Positions 17,529 through 25,254 of a stretch of DNA of 39,281 nt are shown piece after piece. Within the stretch, counting starts at the first letter, position 1, and every line of letters starts with the position of its first letter. The stretch spans positions 1 to 39,281 of IMG/VR virus record IMGVR_UViG_3300044252_000020. One strand, 5' to 3'. The stretch is from a virus (Duplodnaviria; Caudoviricetes). The notes beneath the pieces are model-generated. The model searched no databases. It was not told the origin of the DNA and saw only the letters and a list, made by a program, of their open reading frames with translations. The translations under genes and the position numbers were made by a program.

Positions 17529-20054
17529 ATGTCCTTCTGGTACCCGCGCCTGAACAGCGTCGGAGACATCATCGGCGGCAACGGTGTGGTCACGCTGCGG
17601 TCCCTGGATGCCCTGGACTCCGACATCGGCCCTGGCCATTCGCCGCAGTGGATCACAGACGCACAGGTCCTCGTGGGCGGGCGGCCTGACGGGACCGTGG
17701 TCGTTGATCGCACTGGCAAAGTGCTGGCGGCGAACCTGGGCAGCTTCAATCCACGAGTGGGCAACACCAGCGGCATCGATGCGGGTGCAGGACACTGGTG
17801 CGGCTGGAGCAACGCCGAGGGCCTGATCTACGATGCCGTCACTATCGATCCGGCTGCAGGTCCTGGCGCAGTCGATCAGGCGACCGGTGCGCTGTACTAC
17901 CTCACGCCCTATCAGGCCAACACAAAACAGATTGTCATCGGTGGCGCGGCAGTCCGTACAGCCGTCGCCACCGAAATGATGGCAGGCGAGCAGGCTGTGG
18001 CCTGGGGCGAGTATGAGGCGGTGCGGCGGCTGTACGGCTGGTCGCCCGAACATGGCATCAGCAACCTGTCACCGCTGGCCGATACCGAGCTGCTGTTCCA
18101 GGGCGTGCCGGTCCGCACACCGCAGGGGCTCTGGCTCGTTACCGGCACGCATGCAGGCCTCATCGTCTATCCCTGGGGCGAGGTCTATGGCTACGTCCTT
18201 CCGGGCGTGGCGCAATTTCATCACGCACGCTGGATCGGCAGTGAGCTGGTCATCGTCTCCACCAGCAACAGCGGCGAGCTCCAACGCTGGACGGTCGATC
18301 TTGCAGCTCCACGCACAGACCTGCGCACGTACTACCCGACGACCGGCGTTGCCCCCATTCCACCAGAGCCAGAGCCGAAGCCACCAGAGCCACCAGAGCC
18401 CGAGGACGACATGAAGCCTCCTATCGTGACCGTTGACAATTGGACGCTCGATCAAGTGGACGACGGGAAGGAGTTCCGCTTCCACGACGATGGCAATCCC
18501 GAGCAGCAGATCAGCGTGCGTGTCTGGGTCGAGGGCGGCTCGATGAAGGCCCAGATCACGAACAAGGCAGGCAGTGCCACGACTGGCGCGGCACGCACCG
18601 TGAAGCCTTGCTCGCAGGTCACGCCACCAGATCCACCGGACATCATTCCGCCAGAGCCCCCGAAGCCGCCCACGGAATCCAAGTTCACGCTGAAGCGTCA
18701 CGATGTGAGCAAGTTCCTCGGCGTTGGTCCTGACAAGTTCCTGACGCAGAGCACCACGCCTGCGACCTTCGAGCTGCTGGACCTGGGCGACGGCACCTAT
18801 GGCCTGAAGGCGAACGGCAAGTTCTGCGCGGCGGAAAGTGACCATCGCGTGAAGGCCGACCGCGATGCTGTGGGCGAGGGCAAAGACTCGTGGGAAAAGT
18901 GGACACCGCAGAAGGGCGAAGAGGTCGATACGGTGTCCTTCAAGTCGTGGGCGGGCCTGCTCCTGTCGGCGCACGATGATGGCACTGTCGCTGCCGATCA
19001 AGGCGCGTGCGGTGGCTGGGAGTCCTTCGTCCCTGGCAAAGCCACAGGCGGCAGGCCTCCACTGTCCGGTCGCATCACGGCTGCAGGCGGGCGTGTGTTC
19101 CATGAGGCCAATGGTGCAGCGTGGCGGTGGATGGGCGTCAGTGCGTTTCGTGCCTGCCGCGACTACACCGACGGCAAAGACATTCAGCCGTACCTCGATG
19201 CATTCCCGAAGTACAACCTGCTGCGGGTCTGGGATTACGTGCCCTGGGAGGGTACCGGCTGGGAGTCCTGCAGCGTTGCACAGTGGAAGGCGTTCCTAGC
19301 ACACGTCGGGGCACAGGGCTGGTATGTGGAGCTAACGCTGCTGACGGATGACAACAGCGCCCGCATCCCGTACGCGAAGGAGCTGGTGCAAAGCCTCGCG
19401 GACCAGACGAACCTGCTGATCGAGATCGGCAACGAACCAAAGACAAATAAGAGCATCGACACACAGGCCCTGCGTGCCGCCTGCGATGCCAGTGGCCTGC
19501 TGTACTCCAGCGGGAACTACGAAGATAACGCGCAGTGGTTTGGGACCTTCGGCACGGCGCACACGCCACGCGATGACAACTGGAGTCGCAAGGCGCACGA
19601 TCTGATGGAGCACTACGGCGGCGGCGGGCCTCACTACAAAACAGAGCCCGCATGCAAAGCGCCCTGGGTCGCGGACGAACCGATCCGCCCGGATCAGGCG
19701 CAGTCGAATTGGTGTCCGAAGGTGCAGGACTTCAGAGCCTACGGCGGCGCATGCGCCGTGCTGGGAGCTGGGGCCACGTTTCACTTCGATGGCAGCAAGT
19801 ACGGCAACCTGCCGACGGCTGAAGATACCGAGTGCGCCAAGGCACTGCTCGAAGGCCTGACCGCCTTCGCTGCTGATGCGCCGAACGGTCCGTACTCCAC
19901 CATCGATGAAGGTGGCGAGACAGACGACGATGCGCGTGGCAGCCGGACCTACATCGTCGGCAATTGCATGGTCCGCGTGCGCCCGACGACGACCACATGT
20001 CCGCAGCAGGGATGGACCGCCATCGATGCGGACGGAATCCTCTTCAAGCGGTAG
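17529..20054 (+). CDS. Multidomain protein: beta-rich N-terminus, Pro-rich linkers, fascin-like beta-trefoil, clan GH-A-like TIM-barrel hydrolase
   Basis: Fascin-like FELLDLGDGTYGLKANGKF.AAE...WEKW / VSFKS..G.LLSA...GWESF; IEIGNEP and WVADEP putative catalytic glutamates. Confidence 0.7.
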   Translation: MSFWYPRLNSVGDIIGGNGVVTLRSLDALDSDIGPGHSPQWITDAQVLVGGRPDGTVVVDRTGKVLAANLGSFNPRVGNTSGIDAGAGHWCGWSNAEGLIYDAVTIDPAAGPGAVDQATGALYYLTPYQANTKQIVIGGAAVRTAVATEMMAGEQAVAWGEYEAVRRLYGWSPEHGISNLSPLADTELLFQGVPVRTPQGLWLVTGTHAGLIVYPWGEVYGYVLPGVAQFHHARWIGSELVIVSTSNSGELQRWTVDLAAPRTDLRTYYPTTGVAPIPPEPEPKPPEPPEPEDDMKPPIVTVDNWTLDQVDDGKEFRFHDDGNPEQQISVRVWVEGGSMKAQITNKAGSATTGAARTVKPCSQVTPPDPPDIIPPEPPKPPTESKFTLKRHDVSKFLGVGPDKFLTQSTTPATFELLDLGDGTYGLKANGKFCAAESDHRVKADRDAVGEGKDSWEKWTPQKGEEVDTVSFKSWAGLLLSAHDDGTVAADQGACGGWESFVPGKATGGRPPLSGRITAAGGRVFHEANGAAWRWMGVSAFRACRDYTDGKDIQPYLDAFPKYNLLRVWDYVPWEGTGWESCSVAQWKAFLAHVGAQGWYVELTLLTDDNSARIPYAKELVQSLADQTNLLIEIGNEPKTNKSIDTQALRAACDASGLLYSSGNYEDNAQWFGTFGTAHTPRDDNWSRKAHDLMEHYGGGGPHYKTEPACKAPWVADEPIRPDQAQSNWCPKVQDFRAYGGACAVLGAGATFHFDGSKYGNLPTAEDTECAKALLEGLTAFAADAPNGPYSTIDEGGETDDDARGSRTYIVGNCMVRVRPTTTTCPQQGWTAIDADGILFKR

Positions 20055-20063
20055 CAAGGGGCC

Positions 20064-20825
20064 ATGATGATCACTGAGTACGGCGACGGCATCGTGCTGA
20101 ATGTGGGCACGTCAGAAGCGACGCACGCTATCGCAGGCCGACCGGGGCGACTAGAGCCCGCTGGCGCATCCTTCCCCACAACGCAGGAAGGCTTCGATGC
20201 GCTGGTCCCGGTGCCTGCGGACTGGCCGCTCGGGGACTACATCGTTGCCTCCGACTACTACACGGGCCAGCTCGGTGCGACAACCTTCATCGCAGGACAA
20301 ATGACGGCCTATTCACCGGTCGAAGTTCCTGGCGGGGCAGCAACGATCTTCTCGCCAGCCGGATGGGTCCCGCCTGATCTCGTGACACTGAATCGCATGC
20401 ACGTTCTGCCGACCAACGCAGACGGGCTTCCTGCTCCGTGGGTCGAAGGCTCCTACCTGGAATGCGCCAACGGGGATCGTGTGTTCTGGAATGGCAGCCT
20501 GTGGGTCCTGGGCGAGGGCTCTGTGCCTGCACCAGCACCTGACGAGATCAGGGCCATCATCGGTGACGTGTCGGCGTACTACTTGCCACCAGAAGCCCCG
20601 CTGCCGACAGCAGCGGAACTGACTGCCATGCGGCCTGCGTCGGGCGTGTTCATCACGCCAATGTCACCGTGGCCTGTCGCATGGGAGTTCCTGACTGCGG
20701 ACGCAAAGCCCATGTCGTGGAACGGATCAGAGTGGGTCGAGAAGCCTGCGGCCCTGGCAGGCAGGGAAGAAGAGCAGCCGCCACGCGAGCATCGGCATCT
20801 GTGGCGGCAGCACGTTAGGCCGTAG
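20064..20825 (+). CDS. Hypothetical protein with repeated Trp-rich modules
   Basis: PADWPLGDYIV, PAPWVEGSYL...FWNGSLW, PWPVAWEFL...SWNGSEW. Confidence 0.7.
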   Translation: MMITEYGDGIVLNVGTSEATHAIAGRPGRLEPAGASFPTTQEGFDALVPVPADWPLGDYIVASDYYTGQLGATTFIAGQMTAYSPVEVPGGAATIFSPAGWVPPDLVTLNRMHVLPTNADGLPAPWVEGSYLECANGDRVFWNGSLWVLGEGSVPAPAPDEIRAIIGDVSAYYLPPEAPLPTAAELTAMRPASGVFITPMSPWPVAWEFLTADAKPMSWNGSEWVEKPAALAGREEEQPPREHRHLWRQHVRP

Positions 20826-20827
20826 CT

Positions 20828-21286
20828 ATGCGCGGCTTCTTCGTGGCCCTCATGCTCGCCTGCGCCAGTGGCACTGATGCCCAGACGCTCCGCGACGTGT
20901 TGCGCGAGCCGCCACTCTACACGCTGGCGCAGGCACCGCCCTATCATGACGACGCGGCAGGACCTGCGCGTGATGATACGGCGCTCTGGGTCTTTGTCGC
21001 GTCGGCGAGTGCTGACTGGTCGGTGACGGCGGTGTGCTTTGAGTTTCAGTGCGGCCCGTCCACGGCGGGCTTCACGACTATCAACGCACCGAAGAAGGGC
21101 ACGGCGGTCGGCCTGCTGGTGGATGGGGCCTTCGCTGTTGCCGTGCGTGAATGGATTCAGCCTGACCATCCCAAACTTGCGCAAGCGTTGTTCTATGGCG
21201 GGGCCGTCATTCGCCTGCTGCTCGTGACCCAGAAGATCGGGGACCTGCGCCGGAACACTGCCCGCACCGCACCGCCGGGGACCTGA
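20828..21286 (+). CDS. Signal-peptide-bearing membrane protein
   Basis: MRGFFVALMLACASGTDAQ signal-like start plus hydrophobic segments. Confidence 0.65.
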   Translation: MRGFFVALMLACASGTDAQTLRDVLREPPLYTLAQAPPYHDDAAGPARDDTALWVFVASASADWSVTAVCFEFQCGPSTAGFTTINAPKKGTAVGLLVDGAFAVAVREWIQPDHPKLAQALFYGGAVIRLLLVTQKIGDLRRNTARTAPPGT

Positions 21287-21302
21287 AGAAGGGAAGGACT
21301 CC

Positions 21303-21497
21303 ATGATCGGACTCTTCATCTACATCGTGATCGTTGTGCTCATCGGCTGGCTGGCGATCTGGATTCTGGGCAGGCTGGCCCCTGGGCATCCGCCGATCAT
21401 CGATAACATCGTCTGGGTCGTGGTCGTGCTGATGGTCGTGCTGATTCTGGCGCGGGCCTTCGGCATCTACGGGGACGTGCCTGTCCCGCGTCTGTGA
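21303..21497 (+). CDS. Two-TM small membrane protein (holin candidate)
   Basis: GGAAGGA RBS; two long hydrophobic helices; last gene of the late operon. Confidence 0.75.
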   Translation: MIGLFIYIVIVVLIGWLAIWILGRLAPGHPPIIDNIVWVVVVLMVVLILARAFGIYGDVPVPRL

Positions 21498-21505
21498 AGA
21501 ACTGC

Positions 21506-21599
21506 AGCAGGAGCCTGGGCGGGCGGGCTGGCTGCGTGCCTGGGACGCTTTTCCAGGTCCGCTCAGGGTTTGCCCAGGCTGGCAGGCTGGCAGCTCCTG
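21506..21599. terminator. Extended GC-rich stem-loop between convergent operons
   Basis: AGCCTGGGCGGGC pairs with GTTTGCCCAGGCT; also CAGGAGC/GCTCCTG and inner CCTGGGA/TTCCAGG. Confidence 0.45.
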
Positions 21600-21606
21600 G
21601 GGCTCG

Positions 21607-21945
21607 TGGTGACTTTTCGGGAAGCTCCTGCCGATAAGCAGTGAAATGACCCAGCAACGACAGGCCCTGGCTGGTGACTTGCGTGGTGACTTTTGCGTGT
21701 CACCAGTGGCCGCATGTGGCCCTTTGTGGCCTAATTCCGTTATTCAACCGTACAGTAAAATGGCCTGCCCCTTGGAAGGAAACAGGCCATTTACGCCAAT
21801 GTTTACAGCGTCAAACCGCAGATTCTGCGCTGCGGGTGTAGTTCACATCACTGTTTATCCAGCCTGACTTAGTGCCTTTCGTTTCAACACTTTGCCGATG
21901 CTGGTGACTTTTGCTGGTGACTTTTGGGCCTTGGAAGTCACCAGC
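21607..21945. repeat. Candidate attP: arm-type TGGTGAC(TTTT) repeats flanking an AT-richer core
   Basis: Direct copies at about 21607, 21672, 21684, 21902, 21915; inverted copies at 21699-21706 and 21935-21945; at the 3' end of the integrase. Confidence 0.75.
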
Positions 21946-23075
21946 TTTAGCCGCTGCTGCCGCTGCTCCTTCTGCACCTGGGCACGGATGGCAGCCTGGG
22001 CTGCGCTGACCTTTTCCATTGCCCTCCGGCTGACTTCCTTCTGAGCCCCCAGGCGATAGCGGAAGGCGATCCTGGAGTTCTCAGCATGCCCGCCGACGTG
22101 GTTCGTGGTCGCATCACTCTCCGTCTCACGATAGACCCTGGTCAGGATGGAGTGCTTCAGGGCATACAGCGTCGTCTTGACACCGCAGCGAGCAGCAGCA
22201 TTCACGAACACTTCATTCAGCTTGCTTTTATTGAAGGTGCCAAACTGCGGCGTCAGGACCTGCAGCTCCTGCAGGGCCTGGACACCTTCAGGCGTGAGCG
22301 GCTTCTCGCGGGCCTCTACGCCTTCGCCCTTCAGCCTGGGCGGGACCGTCACGCTGGGCACATCCCAATTGATCCAGTCAGGCCGCAGGTTGCAGAGTTC
22401 GTCAGGTGTGAGCGTTGTCTCTGCCAGCACCTTGACTCGCGGGCGGGCCAATGAAGGCGGCTTGCCCTTCGCGTTGCGGAAGGTCTGCATGCGCCCGATG
22501 ATCTCCTGGATCTTGGCGTAGGGGATCTCACGGTCCGCAGGCTTCGGCGGCCTGGGCTTCTTTGTCACAGCCCGCGCAGGATTCAGACCGCCCTTGCCGT
22601 TCATCGTGGTGAAGAAGCCCTGCAGCGCATGCAGTGTGTAGAGGACTGCTGCCGGTTTGATCCGCCGCGTGGCGTCGTGCCGATGCAGGTCCTTCGCCCG
22701 CGCCTGCAGCAGAATCTCGATCTCGCTCGTCTTGATGGTGTGCCGTGACCGACTATTGCCATCCAGCTTTCGGACCCACCATTCAAGCTCGCGGGTCTTT
22801 TGCTGGATCGAAGTGACAGCAGCGATGCGCTGCAGGTACTCCTGCACATCAGCAGCGAAGGTGCCGCTGCGGAGCTGTGTCCGCTCTGGGCGCTGGGCTC
22901 TGGTGTCCCGCAGCCATTGCTCCAGTTCACTCTCCAGAGCTGTGAGCGGCCATCGCTTCGACGGGCACTCTGTTGGAGAGAAGCGCACGAAGGTCCGAAT
23001 ACCTGTGACCTTGCCGCTGGCGTCCTTCACGTACTGCATTCCCTTCTGCAGCTTCTTCCGTTTTCCCTGAGCCAT
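21855..23075 (-). CDS. int: Tyrosine recombinase/integrase with atypical catalytic motifs
   Basis: Core-binding NPAR motif, box I-like LAETTLTPDELCNL, LKG, box II-like LYALKHS...GGH...RY; adjacent arm repeats. Confidence 0.85.
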   Translation of the reverse strand: MAQGKRKKLQKGMQYVKDASGKVTGIRTFVRFSPTECPSKRWPLTALESELEQWLRDTRAQRPERTQLRSGTFAADVQEYLQRIAAVTSIQQKTRELEWWVRKLDGNSRSRHTIKTSEIEILLQARAKDLHRHDATRRIKPAAVLYTLHALQGFFTTMNGKGGLNPARAVTKKPRPPKPADREIPYAKIQEIIGRMQTFRNAKGKPPSLARPRVKVLAETTLTPDELCNLRPDWINWDVPSVTVPPRLKGEGVEAREKPLTPEGVQALQELQVLTPQFGTFNKSKLNEVFVNAAARCGVKTTLYALKHSILTRVYRETESDATTNHVGGHAENSRIAFRYRLGAQKEVSRRAMEKVSAAQAAIRAQVQKEQRQQRLKLVTSKAQKSPAKVTSIGKVLKRKALSQAG

Positions 23076-23078
23076 GAT

Positions 23079-23264
23079 CTACCTGCCTCCTTCGTCGTCC
23101 AGCCATTCCGTCAGCAGCTTGAGAATGAGGGCACGAATGCTGATGCCCTCTCGCTTTGCCTTCAGGCGCACCTGGGACCACAGCCCCGCAGGGATGTGAT
23201 CCAGGAGATAGCGCCGTCCTGTGCCCTTGTGCGGCGTAAAGTCACGCGAGTATCCACGCTTCAC
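23079..23264 (-). CDS. Ribbon-helix-helix (Arc-like) DNA-binding protein
   Basis: RYLLDHIPAGLWSQVRLKAKREGISIRALILKLLTEW; GTG start overlapping upstream stop. Confidence 0.75.
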   Translation of the reverse strand: MKRGYSRDFTPHKGTGRRYLLDHIPAGLWSQVRLKAKREGISIRALILKLLTEWLDDEGGR

Positions 23265-23602
23265 TGTTTCACCTTCACATCCCGCATCTGGGCCCGCGAC
23301 ACGAGCGCATTCTGCTCCGCCTCCAGTTGCCGCAGTGCCTCGTGATCGTGCAGAGACACTGCCTCGTGCCATCCATCCTTCGTCAGTTCAGCGACGTCGT
23401 GGATCACAACAGCCGAATCGATGCGATGCTGCGAGAAGGACTCACGGTGAATCCATCGCTCGACATGCCGTGCGGCTCCGCCTGCAGTCTTGTGCTGGTG
23501 GCTATACCAGACAGCTCGATCACGCCAGACCGTGCCGTTAGGCAGCACGGCTGAATAGGTCACGGCCAGATAGAGCGGCACGCTGATCTTCTTCGCACTC
23601 AT
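23261..23602 (-). CDS. Hypothetical protein
   Basis: ATGA/GTGA coupled on both sides. Confidence 0.65.
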   Translation of the reverse strand: MSAKKISVPLYLAVTYSAVLPNGTVWRDRAVWYSHQHKTAGGAARHVERWIHRESFSQHRIDSAVVIHDVAELTKDGWHEAVSLHDHEALRQLEAEQNALVSRAQMRDVKVKQ

Positions 23603-23808
23603 CGAACACCATCCTTCGCCAGGGCAGTGAGGGCTCGGCGGCACTGCTTGCACTCCACTGCAGACTCGTCCACGTCCCGGACCTCTTGCCGCTGCCAGTC
23701 CAGGTCAATCGGCAGGCCGCAGAGCGTGCGCGGCATGAAGGACGTTGCTGCGTGCGTGCGATCTGTGGCCACGTTCAGCCAGCATGTGAGCGTTGAATGC
23801 TGCGCCAT
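23599..23808 (-). CDS. Small putative Zn-binding protein
   Basis: TH...TLCG...VECKQC pattern. Confidence 0.65.
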   Translation of the reverse strand: MAQHSTLTCWLNVATDRTHAATSFMPRTLCGLPIDLDWQRQEVRDVDESAVECKQCRRALTALAKDGVR

Positions 23809-23811
23809 GTG

Positions 23812-24153
23812 TCAGTACTCCTGCGCCAGCATGATGGTGAGCACACGAGTGGTCTGTGCAGGATCAGATGGGTCCTCACTGCCGTACTGGACAGCGCGGT
23901 CGTAATAGTCGATCTTCCACATCACGCGATTGCCTTCGATCTCGAAGAAGCCCATGTCGCGCTCGCCGTAGGGATCATTTCCAGGTGTGAAGGTGTTGAA
24001 GGTTTCAACCTGCTCACGGATGCGTGACTGCAGCTCAGGACTCAGGGCACAGATGCCCTGAGTCTGAATCAGCCGGGAGGCCACGCCCATCGCGGTGCGG
24101 GCAAGGTCATTCAGCTTTGCGATCTTCGCGGCCTTGATGCTGTGAATAGTCAC
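23812..24153 (-). CDS. DUF3768 domain protein
   Basis: IAKLND..R...F..F...NDPYGERDMG...WKIDYYD...GSEDPSDP..TTRVLTIMLA.EY. Confidence 0.9.
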   Translation of the reverse strand: MTIHSIKAAKIAKLNDLARTAMGVASRLIQTQGICALSPELQSRIREQVETFNTFTPGNDPYGERDMGFFEIEGNRVMWKIDYYDRAVQYGSEDPSDPAQTTRVLTIMLAQEY

Positions 24154-24422
24154 TTGCCGCCTCGCAATTCCTGGAGGGCGAGCAGCACTTCGACAGCAGG
24201 AGCCCCGATGCAGATCACTTTGCCGATGGCGGTCATGTCGTCATCACCTGCCAGCAGTAGACCCTTGAGGCAGTCACTGATGGCTAGGCTGCGCATCGTG
24301 GGCTTCAGCTTCACTGCAGTGGCCGTCTCTGCTCCATCAGTCACAGTGACAGCCACAGCACCAGTACACTTCCGCAACGACTCCGCGAGAACCGCAGCAC
24401 TTGTCTTTGTAGTTTTCTTCAT
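24150..24422 (-). CDS. Hypothetical protein
   Basis: GTGA overlap with DUF3768 gene. Confidence 0.6.
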   Translation of the reverse strand: MKKTTKTSAAVLAESLRKCTGAVAVTVTDGAETATAVKLKPTMRSLAISDCLKGLLLAGDDDMTAIGKVICIGAPAVEVLLALQELRGGK

Positions 24423-24445
24423 GATTGGTTTGAATGAATGCTGAA

Positions 24446-24628
24446 TTACAGATTGACGTGCAGGAGATCCTGCACAGCCACCAGGGGACGACCCATGCGG
24501 TCCTCACGCAGCAGGTGCTGCAGGAGATCATCAAAGTCACGGCGGCTGATCGTGACTGTCACTGTCACCGGGACATCACTGTCGCCGTCGCCATCCGACA
24601 GGAGAGCTTGCAAGGCTTCGCGGTTCAT
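24446..24628 (-). CDS. Hypothetical protein
   Basis: ATGA overlap with upstream gene. Confidence 0.6.
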   Translation of the reverse strand: MNREALQALLSDGDGDSDVPVTVTVTISRRDFDDLLQHLLREDRMGRPLVAVQDLLHVNL

Positions 24629-24849
24629 CGCTTGCCGCCCTTCATGGCCCCGGCATCACGCAGGGCCTGCCGGAGTGCCAGCCGCTGCGCTGGTGGCATG
24701 GCCTCCAGCAGCTTCGCCATCTGTGCTGATGCCCAGGGGCGTGTCGCTGGCTGCTCCTTCACGAGCAGGGCGAGCTTTTGAAACTCAGTGAACTCTGGAC
24801 CCAGGAGCGCCACGATCCTGGCATCCGCTTCTGCTGTGTTCTTCTTCAT
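24625..24849 (-). CDS. Hypothetical protein
   Basis: ATGA overlaps on both sides. Confidence 0.65.
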   Translation of the reverse strand: MKKNTAEADARIVALLGPEFTEFQKLALLVKEQPATRPWASAQMAKLLEAMPPAQRLALRQALRDAGAMKGGKR

Positions 24850-25109
24850 CGCTTGCCGCCTTCCAGGGCCACGACTTCGCGGCTGATGCCTGCCGCTGTA
24901 TCACGGCCCATGTCCAGCCATTGGATTCCGCGCAACACTTCCACAACGATCTGCACTTCGCCTTCGCTCATGAAGTGCTTGGATGCCACCGGACTGATCC
25001 TGAACGTGTCACCAGGGAAGCCCCACAGACCAAACGTCTCGCCGAATGCTTCAATCGCAGCGGCCACAGCAAACTGCACTTGCTCCTGCTCTGTCATGTT
25101 CTTCTGCAC
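24846..25109 (-). CDS. Hypothetical protein
   Basis: First ORF after the 25170-25240 regulatory region; start may be ATG 25097. Confidence 0.65.
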   Translation of the reverse strand: MQKNMTEQEQVQFAVAAAIEAFGETFGLWGFPGDTFRISPVASKHFMSEGEVQIVVEVLRGIQWLDMGRDTAAGISREVVALEGGKR

Positions 25110-25172
25110 TGTCTTTGCCCTTCAAAATGGGCGGGGCTGACTTGCCCCTGCCCCCGAACCGACCGAATGCAT

Positions 25173-25202
25173 ATGATACCTCAAAGCATATGCTTTTGAC
25201 AG
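25173..25202 (-). promoter_or_regulatory. Putative leftward promoter with palindromic operator
   Basis: Minus strand CTGTCA-N18-TATCAT; perfect palindrome AAAGCATATGCTTT (25183-25196) in the spacer. Confidence 0.55.
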
Positions 25203-25204
25203 GG

Positions 25205-25238
25205 CAAAACCCGGCGAGATCATTAGGGATCTCGCCGG
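25205..25238 (-). terminator. Intrinsic terminator after the DUF433 gene
   Basis: Perfect 11-bp stem CCGGCGAGATC/GATCTCGCCGG (25211-25238) followed by GTTTTG on the minus strand. Confidence 0.7.
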
Positions 25239-25254
25239 ATTCAGGGCAAAAGTG

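Noticed and set aside
18361-18400. CCAGAG(C) repeats
   Set aside because: Codons of the Pro-Glu linker
654-19103. Long antisense ORFs (e.g. 654-1673, 2659-4119, 7770-8819, 11612-12733, 12896-13822, 18069-19103)
   Set aside because: Shadow frames of well-supported plus-strand genes in GC-rich DNA; no motifs or RBS
21832-21905. Complete tRNA gene
   Set aside because: Only the first 14 nt resemble a tRNA; no anticodon arm, T-loop or acceptor complement follows
21607-21945. Repeats considered as a mini-CRISPR array
   Set aside because: Units are only 10-13 bp, irregularly spaced and in both orientations; they fit integrase arm sites better
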